Source: Hemiscyllium ocellatum
Lineage: Eukaryota
Length of the DNA stretch: 64,000 nt
NCBI RefSeq assembly: GCF_020745735.1
Contig: NC_083410.1
Coordinates: 3,384,117-3,448,116, forward strand
Reading direction: 5' to 3'
Below, piece after piece: positions 48,780-61,456 of the stretch. The notes under the pieces were generated by a model. The model was not told the DNA's origin and searched no databases. It worked only from the letters and a program-made list of their open reading frames with translations. Positions within the stretch are counted from its first letter, which is position 1. Every line of letters starts with the position of its first letter. The translations under genes were made by a program, and so were the position numbers.

Positions 48780-50820
48780 TGCAATTGGATTCGGACAAAT
48801 ATTATGGAATTGTTCACAGTTCAAAACAGAGAAGTGAGAGGAGTCAGTTCATTGGAAAATTAAAGTGTTGAGATTGGAGTATAATTATGTGGATGCGGCT
48901 ACAATGAATAATAATAGGAATGTGGGCGAAACATTGTTTTAATGGTTGTGTTAAGGGACAGTTAAGTGACTGCTGGACAAGCATATGGACAGCAGGAAGT
49001 TGAGGGGTGCATAGATTAGGTTGATCTGAGATTAAGATAAATGCTCGGCATAACATTGTGTGTTGAAGGGTCTGTACTGTGCTGTACTGTTCTATGTTCT
49101 ATGTTCTGTATTCTATGTTCTATGTTCGTCTCACTGTAATAAATATGTCACTCAGGCAAATTACCTGCTCTGACCATTAGCTTATTAAACACATCATGAA
49201 TCTAATCACGTAAAATGGATATTTGTAACAGAGAGTAATTCCTAGCAAATATTGTGATAATGATTGAATTAATTTGCTTACCGTTCACGGTTGCACACAC
49301 AGTGCTATAATCTTCAACAGGGCTCCTAAAAAAATGCCACACATTAGATTTATCGCACATTTATCACAAACAATGCTATAATGTTTACACACTTGCACTG
49401 GTAGACTTTACACTAAAGACTTTTAAGGCTAGCTTAAAGACAGAAAGAATGCTCTAAAAACTTGGATCATTTGCTAAAAAGGCCAGAATTTGTCTGAACA
49501 ACAAAGGTAAGAATGTAACAAAAACCCGAGGGCATGTTGGGATACTTGGCCAAGTTGTTGTTATTAGTGACTGTGGAAGGGAGAGATTTCTTCAAAAAAA
49601 CTTGCTGCACTGTTAGCTGGTACAGACCGAGAAAGAAGCTATTGTTCGAATGGAGCTAGAACAAGTCCAGGATCAGAGGCATATCTCAGAAAAATAAGGT
49701 TGCAATTTAAGACTGAGATGAGGAGGAATTGCTTTTCTTGGAGAGTTGTGAGTCTTTGGAATACTTTGCCACAGAGAGCTGTGGGGGCAGAGTCCTTGTA
49801 TATATTTAAGGCTGAGACAGATAGATATTTGATCAGCCAGGGAATCGAGGGTTACAGAATAAGAGCGTGAGGAATGTTGGATCAGGCATGATTATATTAA
49901 ATGACAGAGCAGGCTCGATGGGCTGAATGGCCTTCTCGGGTTCCTATTTCTCCCAATCTCATAGTCACCGACTCACTGGAATGCAGTCCAGGATAAGTAA
50001 ATACAGAAACAAAGAACAACTTCAGAATGTCTCTATTATTATAGAACATAGAATGACACCTCGCAGACAAGGCCCTTCGATCCTTGATGTTGTGCTGACC
50101 AGTGAACTCATCTAAGCCCATCACCCTACACTATCCCATTATCATCCATATGCTTATTCAAAGACTGCTTAAATGCCCCTAATGTGGCTGAGTTAACTAC
50201 ATTGGCAAGCAGGACGTCCCACACCTTTACCACTCTCTGAGTAAAGAACCTGCATTTGACATCTGTCTTAAATCTATCATCTCTCAATCTGTAGCTATGC
50301 CCCCTCTTACAAACAGATGTCAACATCCAAGGAAAAGGACTTTTACTGTCTACCCAATCTAATTCACTGATCATCTTGTATGTCTCTATTAAGTGTCCTC
50401 TTAGCCGCCTTCTCTCCAATGAGAACAGACCCAAGTCTCTCTGCCTTTCCTCATAAGACCTTCCCTCCAGACTAGGCAACAGCCTGGTAAATCTCCTCTG
50501 TACCTTTTTCAATGCTCCATATCCTGTAATGGAGTGACCACAACTGCGCACAATACTCCAAGTGAGGCCACACAAGTGTTTTGTACAGTTACAGCAGGAC
50601 ATCACAGCTCCAGAACTCAATCCCTCTACCGACAAACCTAACACACTGTTTGCTTTCTTAACAGCCCTATCAACCTGGGTGGCAACTTTCAGAGATCGAT
50701 GTACATGGACTCCAAGATCCCTCTGCACATCAACACTACCAAGAATCTTTCCTTTGACCCAATATTCTGCCTACCTGTTATTCTTTGCAAAATAAATCAC
50801 CTCACATTTATCTGCATTGA
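48780..50820. mobile_element. CR1 3' fragments (plus 48780-49130 and 49690-49960; minus 50040-50820)
   Basis: ORF 50126-50728 is a CR1 C-terminus, with (TTCTATG)n tails. The intervening 49140-49680 is not assigned. Confidence 0.8.
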
Positions 50821-50897
50821 ACTCTTTCCACTGATGAAGCACAGCAGCCGGGTGCTCCATTCCCTGGTCACACCAGTGTTCCCTCCCATTGACTTAC

Positions 50898-51243
50898 CAG
50901 TTACATTGAGCTGGCTCCCTGCTCCATAGATGTAGCTTCACACACTGCAGCTGTACACAGCAGTATCATTGAGTGTCACATTCACAAGGCTCAGAATGTA
51001 ACTGTTCCTGTGGACATTCCTGGAAAGCTCAACATGATTGGGGAAACCCTGGGCCGTGGGTGGGTGCCATTCACAAAGAGGCTTATCACCCACTGCCTGT
51101 TGCTGCCAGGTTATTGGTAGTGCCAATGGGCACAGTGTCAATCACACTGGCATTGTACATGGCACACTGGAACTTGACAGTTTCACCCTCTGCTACCTTG
51201 CTGACTACTGGATCCTGAATGAGAACTGGATCAGCCAATGGAT
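50898..51243 (-). pseudogene. Pseudogenised VJ exon of divergent subtype (DPLADPVLIQDPVVSKVAEGETVKFQCAMYNAS...DTAVYSCSV*SYIYGAGSQLNVT)
   Basis: Intact acceptor (ctgaacag|AT) and donor (G|GTAAGT), 346 nt. Two frameshifts, a TAA after the Trp and a TGA in CDR3. Confidence 0.85.
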
Positions 51244-51314
51244 CTGTTCAGATTGAAGAGAAAGAAAAATGTAACCTGAATTGTAACATTTTATATAATC
51301 TCTCTCTGGTTAAG

Positions 51315-54300
51315 TAGAGTCATAGAGTCAGAAAGCACGGAAACAAACTCTTCTGTCCAACCAGTCCATGCCGACCATGTTCCCAAGCTGAACTAGTCCT
51401 AGTTGCCTGCGTTTGGTCCACCCCTTCAAACCTTTCCTATATAGGCACTTGTTGAAATTTCTTTTGAATGTTGTCACTGTATCTACATCCATCACTTCAT
51501 CTGGCAGCTCATTCCACACATGAACCACACTCTCTGTAAAAAGAAAATGCCACTAATGGCCTTTCTAAAGCTTTTCTCAACTTAAAATGTTTCCTTGTAA
51601 TTCTAAACTTCCTCACCCAAGGGATAAGACATTTGTTATCACTTTATCTACACCCCTCATGATTTTATAAATCTCATCAAGGGTCACCCTTCACCCTTTG
51701 GGGAAATCCCCAGCCATTCCAGCCCAAACTTATAATTCAAACACTCCATTTCCAACATCATTCTGATAACTATTTTTTGAACCCTGTCCAACTTAATAAT
51801 ATCCTTCTAATGGTAGGGTGACCAGAACTGCACACAGTACTCCAGAAGAGGCCTCACCAATGTCCTACAACCTCAACATGATATTCCAACTCAAAAACTG
51901 AAATGTCAGAGCAGTGAAGGCAAGTGAGGGAGATGCCATTGTAACAACCTGACACACATTTCAGAGAGCTATATCTCTGAACCCTTACGTCTCTCAATTC
52001 TACAAACTAAAATGTGCCCCCTAATTTTGAAATTAACCACCTAGGAAAAAGACCTTTGCTATTAATCTTAGATACGCCCCTCATGATTTCATAAATCTTT
52101 ACAAGGTCACACCTTTACCTCTTATGCTCCAGTGAAAATGTCCCCACCTACCCAGCCCATCCTTATAATTCAACGCTTCCATTTCCAGCAACATCCTGGT
52201 AAATCTTTTGAACCCTGACCAATTTAATAATATTCTTCCTCTGGCAGGGCTACCAGAACTGTACACAGTACCCCAATAGTGGAATCACAAATGTCCTGTA
52301 CAACCTCAATTTGACATCCCATATCCTACACCGAAAGGTCTAAACGGTGAAGGCAAGCTTGTTAAATCATGTCTTAAGCACCTTGTCTCTCTGCAATGTT
52401 ACTTTCAAAGAACTATGTATTTGAACCCCAAGGTCTCTCTGTTTGATAACACTATGGAGGACCCTTGTTTGTTTTACCAAAATGCAATACCTCACATTTA
52501 TCCCAATTAAACTCCATCTGCTACTCTTCAGCCCATTGCCACAGTTGATAAAGATCCCTTTGTAATCTTAGATAATGTTCTTCACTGTCCATCAATATTG
52601 GTGTCATATACAAATGCACGAACCATGCCTTTTATATTCCTATTCAAATCATTTATACAAATAACAAAAGAAAGATGGTTCAGCACCATTCCCTCCAGTA
52701 CACCATTGGTTACAGGCTCCAAAAAACAATCCTCTACCACCACCTTCATCTTCTACCATCAAGCTGATTCTGTATCCGATTGGCAAGCACTCTCTGAATC
52801 CCATGTGATCTCACTTGACTAATCTACTATGCAGAACTTTGTCAAAGGAGATATTAATGTTCATGTTGACAATGTCCACTGCTCTGCCATCATCAATCTT
52901 TTTGCTTAGATTCTCAAAAATAACTCAATTTTGTGAGACACGATTTCCCACAAACAAAGCCATGTTGACTATACCTAGTCCTTACCTCTCCAAATGCATG
53001 CAAATCCTGTCTGTAAGAATCCCCTCCAACAACTTACCCACCCCTGTTAGCAGGTTCCCCAGTTGACAGCTCCCAGGCATCTTCTCACAGATTTTCTTCA
53101 ATAAAAACACAAAAATAGCCAATGATGACTTGGAGAAGATGAACTGAACCTTCCTGTGTGGATATTGCTATTTGTAATTTGAGAGGGAATGATTTTAAAC
53201 ATAACCATTATATGATTTATTTCCAATTTGCTGCTATGATTCACTTTGTGAATAAACTATTGAGAGGAGAAGTTCACAATGTTCACAGCTCACTGATTGG
53301 AAGAGAGCAAGCAGCCATTTAAAAAGTTTCATTCTCACCGAAAAACAAAAGAAAAATGTTGAAAGTTTTAAACAGCCTGCAATCAATGCTCCCTGAGCAC
53401 ACCCTCTCTAATTCACTCTTGCTCCATTTGATTCTATATCCTAACAGAGTGCAAGGCTGTGGGGAGAGCAGGACATTGGCAGTCAGGAATGATGCTCATT
53501 TGAAGGTTCAGTGCAGACAGGATGGGCTGAACGGTCTCCTTCTACACTGGAATGTTTCTGTGGTTCTATGATTCTGTCTCTGTGCCAGATAGTCCCTGAC
53601 TGCACTTGCCTGGAATTGAGTCAACAATGGCAAAATGAGGTCCTTCTGATCGGAAACTTAGATTTTCTCTTCCATTCCTGACCCAGGTTATTATCACAGG
53701 GTCGGGGAGTGTGTGGGGTCAGGATCCAAACACGAACCTGTGACATTGTTAGAAAGGCCTGGGGCCCATACCATCCTAACTTGCAGTCACAGCTTCCTGT
53801 CCCTGATCTATGACTAATCTTCAATTCCCTAATCCAATGGTGGGAGCACCCTCTGGAGAAAGGTTTCCAGGGAACTTTGCTCTTCCCTGAAGTGACACAA
53901 TGTCTGCAGCTCAGATTCCAGCTCCTCAACTCGGATCCAAACTTCCTCGAGCTGCAAACCCTTCCTCCAGATGTGTTCACTCTGAATCCCATTGGACTCA
54001 GTGGGGCCTTCATTGAAACCTGTTAAGATCCTGAGGGGACTTGATCAGAAGGACATGGAAAGGATGGTTCCTCTTCAGATAGAGTCTTGAATCAAGCTGG
54101 AGAAGGTACAGAAGACATTTACAAGGATGTTGCCGGGTATAGAAAATTTCAGTTGTAAAGAAAGGCTGGATAGTTTGGGACTTTTTTCACTGGAACGTAA
54201 GGAGGTTGAGCGGTGACCTTATAGAAGTTTATAAAACAGTGAGAGGTATAGGTAGACTTGATAGTAGTTGTCTTTTCCCAAAGATGGGAAATTTCAAGAC

Positions 54301-55430
54301 TCAAGAGCACCTTTTTTTAAGGTTAGAGGAAATAGATTTAAAAAAAGACATAAGAGGCATTTTTTTTTACACAGAGGTGGTTAGTGTGCAGAATGAATTT
54401 TCTGAAGAAGTGATGGATGTGGGTACAATTGCAACATTTAAAATGCATTTTGATTGAACAGGAAAGATTTGGACGTTGTATGGACCAGGAGGAGGCAGGT
54501 GGGATTAGTTTGGTTTGGGATTCTGTTTGGCACGGACCAGTTGGAAGAAAGGGTCTGTTTGTGTGCCGTACAGCTCTATAATTAGGGGACACAGTTAAAA
54601 AATAAGGAAGTGCACATTGAAGACAGAGATGAGGATTTTTTTTTCTTAGCGGGTTGTGAGTCTTAGGAAATCCCTTCATCAAAAGGCAATGGATGCAGAA
54701 TCCTTAAATGTTTTTAAGGCCGAGGGAGGGAGATACTTGATGACCCGGGGGATTAAAGGTGAACAGGAATAAGTAGGAATGTTGAGTTGAGATAATATTC
54801 GATCATCTATCAGCATCATTTAATTAACAGGATGGATAGACTTGATGGACTGATTGGCCCACACCTGTTCTTGTGTCCCTCTTTCTGTGTCTTTTAGACT
54901 AAAGGAATGAATGGGTGTCATAAGAAGGGGTGTAACCAGGGTGGGATGAGGATAGTTTTAACTCAGGCAAAGGACATCAGAGGTAGAGATGGGAGTGTCA
55001 TTGAGCATCAAAGGGTTGTGGGAAATGATTACCCAAAGTCTTAAGTGCTGAGAGTTTGAAATTTCCCATTTAAAACAAAGACCATGAGACCATGAGATAT
55101 AGGAGCAGAATGAGGTCATTCAGGCTATTCAATGTGTTCTGCAATTTGATCATGACTGAAATGTTTCACAACTCCATTCATCATAGTCTCAAAGCATCGA
55201 AAGGAGGAGGAGTAGGTAATTCTGCCCATTTAGTCTCCACTGCCTTTCAACATAATCATGGCTAATCATCCAACTCAGTCGCCTGTTCACATTTTTTCCC
55301 CAATACTTTTTGATCCCATTAGCCGAAATGCGATCTCACTCCTTTTTGAAAACATTCAATATTTTGGCCTTAATGCTTCCTGTGATAGAGAATTCCACAG
55401 GTTCCCCACTCTCTGGGTGAAGACATTTCT
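51315..55430. mobile_element. Decayed CR1 fragments in both orientations between the inverted pseudo-V exons
   Basis: Repeated CR1 RT and 3' motifs (GDLIEVYK, HGFV reverse). Parts of 53100-54000 are not assigned. Confidence 0.65.
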
Positions 55431-55471
55431 TCTCAAGCACCATTCAAAATGGGCAATAAGTGCTGGCCCAA

Positions 55472-55626
55472 CTAGTGATGGCCATTAGCCAAGAATGAAT
55501 GAAACAAAACCAGACAGAGACAGGAGAATGTTAAATACAACACTGAGAACAAACGAGATGGAGAAGCAGAAGAGAAAGAGTTTAAGATTGAGGAACTGGT
55601 CCAAGAGGAGAAACTGTTTATTCTAT
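55472..55626 (-). pseudogene. Paralog of the candidate terminal exon: DRINSFSSWTSSSILNSFSSASPSRLFSVLYLTFSCLCLVLFHSFLANGHH*
   Basis: Acceptor ttttactcacag|AT 152 nt after the pseudo-V4 donor, the same intron length as in gene B. Open to TAG. Confidence 0.4.
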
Positions 55627-55778
55627 CTGTGAGTAAAACTAGAAAAGGTAACTGTTCTATGTTTATATCGAGCTCGCTGCTTTCTCTTTACCAGAGGAAT
55701 TTAACACATTCTCCGCTTCAATAAATCCATTTGGAAAAGGTTACTGTGTCAGATTATTCTAAGGTAATCAGGACTTAC

Positions 55779-56107
55779 CTGTTACAGTCAGCTGGGTTCC
55801 ATTCCCACTGATACCTCCCGACATTTTAAGCAATAGACCCCAGTGTCACCGAACTGCATGTTTGTGATGGTCAGAATGAAGCTGTTATTGGAGGGGTCTC
55901 TTGATGACTGGAATCGTTGAGTGAATCCTAGGCTCTATTTTAAGTGTTGTTCCTCATGTCTTGTGTTAAAACCGACTCTGTGTTATGTCCTGGTTGTTCC
56001 CGGTACCAGTGAACATTGGTGTGTGTCACTGCCATATTCCTCATGGTGCACTGTAACCGGGGGGTGTGACCCTTGGTGATATGTTCCGGGTTCAGAGACA
56101 TTTACAG
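55779..56107 (-). pseudogene. Pseudogenised V4-like VJ exon
   Basis: RLQCTMRNMAVTHTNVHWYREQPG then TAA and frameshifts. J region GNGTQLTVT with donor G|GTAAGTCCTGATT, as after V4. Confidence 0.85.
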
Positions 56108-56779
56108 CTTTAAGAGAATAGTGTGAATAAATTAAATTAAGTTTGAAGGTTGTGAACAACTTCAATTTAAATTTAATGAGAATTGACAGATTGTAAGAGT
56201 GAAAAAGTAGAGGTAAGTATTCAAAATAAACAAGACATTTTAAACCAAAGCACAATGAGATAATGGAGTGTTGTAAGGCCATTTGGTCCATCGAGTTTGC
56301 TCTGCTATTTGATCATGGCTGGTATGCTTCTTAACACATTCACCTGTCTTCTTCCTGTAATCCTTGATCCCTTATAAATCAAGAATCTACCTGTCTCTAA
56401 ATACGCTCAATGACTTGGCCTCAACAGCCCTGTGCAGCAATGAGTTTGATAGATTTAACACCCTTCAAGTGAAGAAATCCTTCCATATGTCAGTTCTAAG
56501 GGGTTGTTCCTTCAGTCTGAGGCTGTGCCCTTGGACCGTAGTCTCTCTTACACATGGAAACATCTTCTTCACATCCACTCTATCCAGGCCTTTCATTCTG
56601 TAAGTTTGCATCAGATCCCCGCCGCCCTCCCCCCCGCCACTTCCCTATAAACTTCATTGAATACAGGCCCAAAGCCACCGGCCATTCCTCATATGACAAG
56701 CCCTTGATTGTCAGGATCACTCTTGTGATCATCATCTGAACCTCCTTCAACACCAGTACACCCTGGATTAGAGTCAAAT

Positions 56780-57815
56780 CACAGAAATAAGAGAATCATT
56801 TAAAAAAAGCCTTAATAAATTCAGACTATGTGAGGTTCTGAGAATTCCATCTCAAAAGGAAAGGTGTCTCCTTCAATTTCAAATCAAAAAGGTAAACCAA
56901 TATAGATTTTGAGAGAGAATTAAACAAGTCAGCCACTGATGAGACTGTTTATTTTCCTGAAGGGTCAATGAATGAGAAAATACTTATTGCAGGCAATCTT
57001 GGAGCTTACACACCAGTATCACTGAACAGAGCTGAATTAATAAATGACTTGGTCAATGGAGTTGTTGTAGTTGGCAGAGTGTAATACATTCCTATTAGGG
57101 AATTTATTTTTCTGGAATGACTTGGCAGATTCAAGCACATTAGCTACCAAGGATGGTTTAAAAACTGAAATGGTATGGGGGGGTGGGGGGGGGGGGAGTT
57201 TTTTGGATTGATTCCTGATAGTGACTAGCTGTCAGGTTCACACAGTTAGCACAATGGGAAAAGTGGTTGATGAAACAATGCGTTTGATTGGAATTACTGT
57301 TATCGGAATCAATTTTGAAAAACTTGTCAATGAAAAGAAACAGAAGACTGATATGTTCAGAATATCTTCTTTAGCAGAAATTGAAGAAATAAATCCTGAC
57401 TTGGGAGAGTTTTACCAAATACCGTCCTGAGAATTGGAATCAGAAAAAATCCCTGAGTGTTATTATTTGAAAGGTAAAGTATTAATGAGGAAATACCAGA
57501 TGATGAGGAATGGACAGTGATCCATCAGGTGGTCACTCCATCTGAGGATCAGAATGAATGTTCACAATTTAGCCCATGAAATTCCAATGGCAGGTTATTT
57601 ATGGATGAGGAACACAGGCTAAAATATTTTTTAATTTATTGGTCAAGATTAGATAGAGCTGTTAATTTTTACCAGACAATGTCAGGACTTGGGGAATCTC
57701 CAACCCTCAGTTAAAGCTTCACCTTTAATTCTGATCACAGCTTTTGAAGAAGTGTTTAGCAGGATCTTAATAGATTGTGTAGGAGTCCGGCCTAAACCCA
57801 GGAATAGCAACCAAT
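56780..57815 (+). mobile_element. Degenerate Gmr1-type Gypsy internal fragment (protease tail to integrase N-terminus)
   Basis: Remnants NDLVNGVVVVG, YYLKGKVLMRK, AHEIPMAG and FEEVFSRILIDCVG, collinear with the element at 60-64 kb. Confidence 0.7.
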
Positions 57816-58092
57816 AGGTCACTGCAGTGGTTCAAGAAGGCAGCTCAGCACCATCTTCTCAAGGGCAATTAAGGATGGGCAATAAATGCTGGCACAGCCA
57901 GTGACATCCACATCTCACAAAACAATTAGATAAATTATTGAACCTGAGCTCAGCTGTCCTCCCCAAAGAGAATCAATCCCCAAGATCACTCTCCATGACC
58001 TCCTCAATCTTCTTGATCACAAACTGATCTCCAATTCATTCATTGGGAAAGCAGTTATTGTTGAAGGTGATTGTCATGTAAACGCTACTTAC

Positions 58093-58415
58093 TGGTAATA
58101 TTGAGCTGGCTTCCTCTCCAATTGATACTTTCCAACACTGAGCAGTAATAGACTCCTGTGTCACTGGGCTGCACGTTTGTGATGGTCAGATTGAAGTTGT
58201 TACTGGAGGGGTCTCTGGATGGCTGGAATCGGTCAGTGAATCCTGGGCTCCTTCCTGCAATGTTTCTCACATCATGTGTTAAAACCCACTCTATTTTATT
58301 CCCTTGTTGCTCCTGATGCCACTGAACATTGGTGTGTCACTGCTGCATTCCACATGGTGCACTTTAACCGGGCAGTGTGACCCTCGGTGACACGTTCCAG
58401 GCTTGGAGATTTGAT
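58093..58415 (-). pseudogene. Pseudogenised V2/V3-like VJ exon (...GFTDRFQPSRDPSSNNFNLTITNVQPSDTGVYYCSVLESINWRGSQLNIT)
   Basis: 5' end shortened, 2-nt deletion in the (AC)n run before the Trp, Gly to Trp in the J motif, donor A|GTAAGT retained. Confidence 0.85.
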
Positions 58416-58889
58416 CTTTAAAGAAAAAGCTAACTATAAGTTTATTCCCACACGATCCTCTGCACTGCTGTATGGAATGAATCTGTCAGGGTGGTAGGAG
58501 TTAAAAAAGTGAGAACAGGTTTACACTAAACCATAGAACTACATGGGTGATGGTTTCTGACCAAACAAAATCCATCAACATAAGCAAAAATAATTAAATA
58601 TACAATGTGCGCAATACTATTACTTAAATCTCTTCAGAAATGACATTGACATTTTGGACACAATTTCTTCTGCAGCAAGATCAAAATGCACAACGACTTC
58701 CATTTAGAAGGACAGGGGCATCAGACACATGGGACCATCACTGCCTGCAAGTTCCCCTCCAAACCACTCACCATCCTAATTTGGAATTATATCACTGTTC
58801 CTAAGTGCCATTGGGTCAAGATCCTTGAATTTCCTGCTAAAGGGCATTAGTAGTCTACCTACTGCAAATGGACTGTAGTGGTTCAAGAA

Positions 58890-59180
58890 GACATTAGCTT
58901 GTACGAGGGGGCATAACTACAAATTGAAGGGTGATAGATTTAAGACAGATGTCAGAGGCAGGTTCTTTACTCAGAGAGTGGTAAGGCCGTGGAATGCCCT
59001 ACCTGCCAATGTAGTCAACTCAGCCACATGAGGGAGATTTAAACAATTCTTGGATAAGCACATGGATGATGATGGGATAGTGTAGGGGGATGAGCTGAGA
59101 ATAGTTCACAGGCCAGCGCAACATTGAGGGATGAAGGGTCTGTTCTGTGCTGTATTGTTCTATGTTCTGTGTTCTAAGAC
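58890..59180 (+). mobile_element. CR1 3' end
   Basis: GGGCATAACTAC...AGGTTCTTTACTCAGAGAG and a TTCTATG tail. Confidence 0.85.
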
Positions 59181-59199
59181 AGCTCACCCCCAGCAATAG

Positions 59200-59200
59200 A

Positions 59201-59237
<37 letters not shown>

Positions 59238-59278
59238 TAATAACAACAACAACAACAATGATGGTGATGATGGTATTG
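59200..59278. repeat. Compound (AAT)n-(AAC)n-(GAT/GGT)n microsatellite
   Basis: Directly visible. Confidence 0.95.
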
Positions 59279-60143
59279 GCAGAACATTTAGAAACGTACA
59301 ATATGATCTAGCTGAGTCAGTTCGGTATCATGAAGAATAAATAATGCCAGACAAATATGCTGGAATTTTTTGCAGCAACAAGAGGTGTAAATGGAGTCCA
59401 TGGATGGGAGGTTGCTTTTGTGATGGTTTTGGCTGTGCACATAACCTTCTGAACCTTATGATCCTGGGCAGAGTAGTTGCCATACCAAGCCATTATGCAC
59501 TAGGACAGTATGTTTTCAATGATGCATATGCAAAAGTTGGTGCGGGTCCTTATGGACATGCCAACTTTCCTGAGCCAACTGAAGAAGACAAGTTCTTCAC
59601 CATCGCATTTATATCGGAAATCCAGGACAGGTCAACAGCAAAGAAATGACAGTTGAAATATATTGTGGGAAAGTGTGAAGTTATGCATTTTGGTGGGAAA
59701 AAATAAAGGCATGGGCTATTTTCTAAACAGGCGAGTTTTTGGAGATCTGAAGCCCTCAGGGACATGGGAGTTATAGCTGTCACAATGCTGGTTCTTTTGC
59801 AGGGTTACTACACCTTTGAGTTTTTTTTCTGAGAGGGGCAAATTGATCAGGCTGCAACTAGGCTGAAAGTTTTAGTGGGCCCCTTTTGTTTACCATAACA
59901 GATAATACCTCCAACCTAAGACTGGTTTGGATAGGATAAGGCCTTCAGTATTCTGTTTTCTGTTCTTTGTATTTCATTCCATAATTTTGTAAATAAATTT
60001 TGTTTGTTTAAAACTTGTCATTCGAACCAACTAATTTACTCCAGGAATACTCACTATAGACCTAGCTAAAACAAATAGCAAAGTTATGGTCTGGACTATC
60101 TGCTTAAAATTGTTGTGAGGAGTCTGGCCTAGTCCACAACAGA

Positions 60144-60161
60144 TTGGGGCTCATCCAGGAT
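60144..60161 (+). other. Primer-binding site complementary to the tRNA-Pro 3' end
   Basis: TTGGGGCTCATCCAGGAT just after the LTR. Matches TGGGGGCTCGTCCGGGAT apart from two CpG-type transitions and one 5' difference. Confidence 0.75.
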
Positions 60162-61266
60162 TTAAACAGCGAGTGGTATGTGTTATGTCTTTTATTTCTG
60201 GTGTTGATTTGGTTGGTTTAAACAGCGTTCAGATAGCAATAGCTCTCTTAGTCAACAAGGAGTTTCTGGAGGTGGAAGAAGTGACCTTGGGAGTTTTATA
60301 AAAGGCAAATAAGACCAAGCTGTGGGATTTAGTAAACAAGCTGGGGTTGAAGTTACCTCCAGATGTGGGAAAGCAGGATAAGTCTAGAAGTTTTGTTGGA
60401 ATGATAAAAAAAAGCACAGTGGAAGCTAAGAAGTTACATCAGAGTACACAAGCTGATCGGAGATTGGTTAAGGAGAAAGTGCCAGATCTGCTTAAAAACA
60501 ATACCCTCAAAGATAAAGTTTATTTACATCAGTCAGGAATAACAGGTAAAGAGGTTACAATATTAAGGGACACAGGATGCTCTCAGTCTGTGATGCTGAA
60601 GGATGCGGAGATATGTACTCTTGAAGGACAATTGACTGAAAAGATACCGATAACAGGAATTCAAGGTGAGACAAAAAGCCATGTTTGTGTAAAGCGAGTG
60701 TCCAGAAAAGAGTGGAGAATTTGTGGTAGGAGTACTGGATAAACTTTCAGCTGCAGGAATACAATTTAGCCTTGTGAATTCACCAATAAGCATGCTATCG
60801 CTGTAGGTAAAAAAACAGTGGAGACTTCTATGATTGTGTAATAATGAGGTCACAGAATCACCATTTGAAGGAGGAGAGATCAAAAGATACAGAGAAGGAA
60901 GATGAAGTGATATTAGCAGAGACAGTGTTCAATCAGTTAGTTGAGGCAAAGCAGGAGCAAATAAATAATCATGCAAATATCTTTACCTTTGCAAAACTCA
61001 TTGAGTTGCAGCAAAAAGATGAAAATTTAAAACAGCTGTATCAAAACGTATATACTGAGAGAGAATCTGAATCTATCCCTGTGTGTTATTACCTGAAAAA
61101 TGTTGTTTTGGTGAGGAAATGGAGACCATCACATATTCAAGCAGATGAGAACTGGCCAGAAATTCATCAAATTGTGGAATAGAGAAAAGAGATGCTGTGA
61201 GTGGCACATGAGCTACCACTTGGAGGTCATTTAGAAGTGAGGAAAACAAAAGCTGAAATAGAAAGA

Positions 61267-61456
61267 GCTGAAAATGTGTTGCTGGTTAAAGCACAGCAGG
61301 TTAGGCAGCATCTCAGGAATAGGGAATTCGACGAGGGCTTATGCTCGAAACGTTGAATTCCCTATTCCTGAGATGCTGCCTAACCTGCTGTGCTTTAACC
61401 AGCAACACATTTTCAGCTGTGATCTCCAGCATCTGCAGACCTCATTTTTTACTCTA
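61267..61456 (+). mobile_element. Palindromic Penelope-terminal insertion in the Gypsy integrase; a second piece lies at about 61520-61630
   Basis: 11-bp duplication AAATAGAAAGA at 61256 and 61457. Same family as 39480-39652. Confidence 0.8.

Noticed and set aside
59020-59301. Poly-Leu/Val/Ile ORF as a membrane protein
   Set aside because: It is the translation of an (AAT)n/(AAC)n microsatellite plus a CR1 tail.
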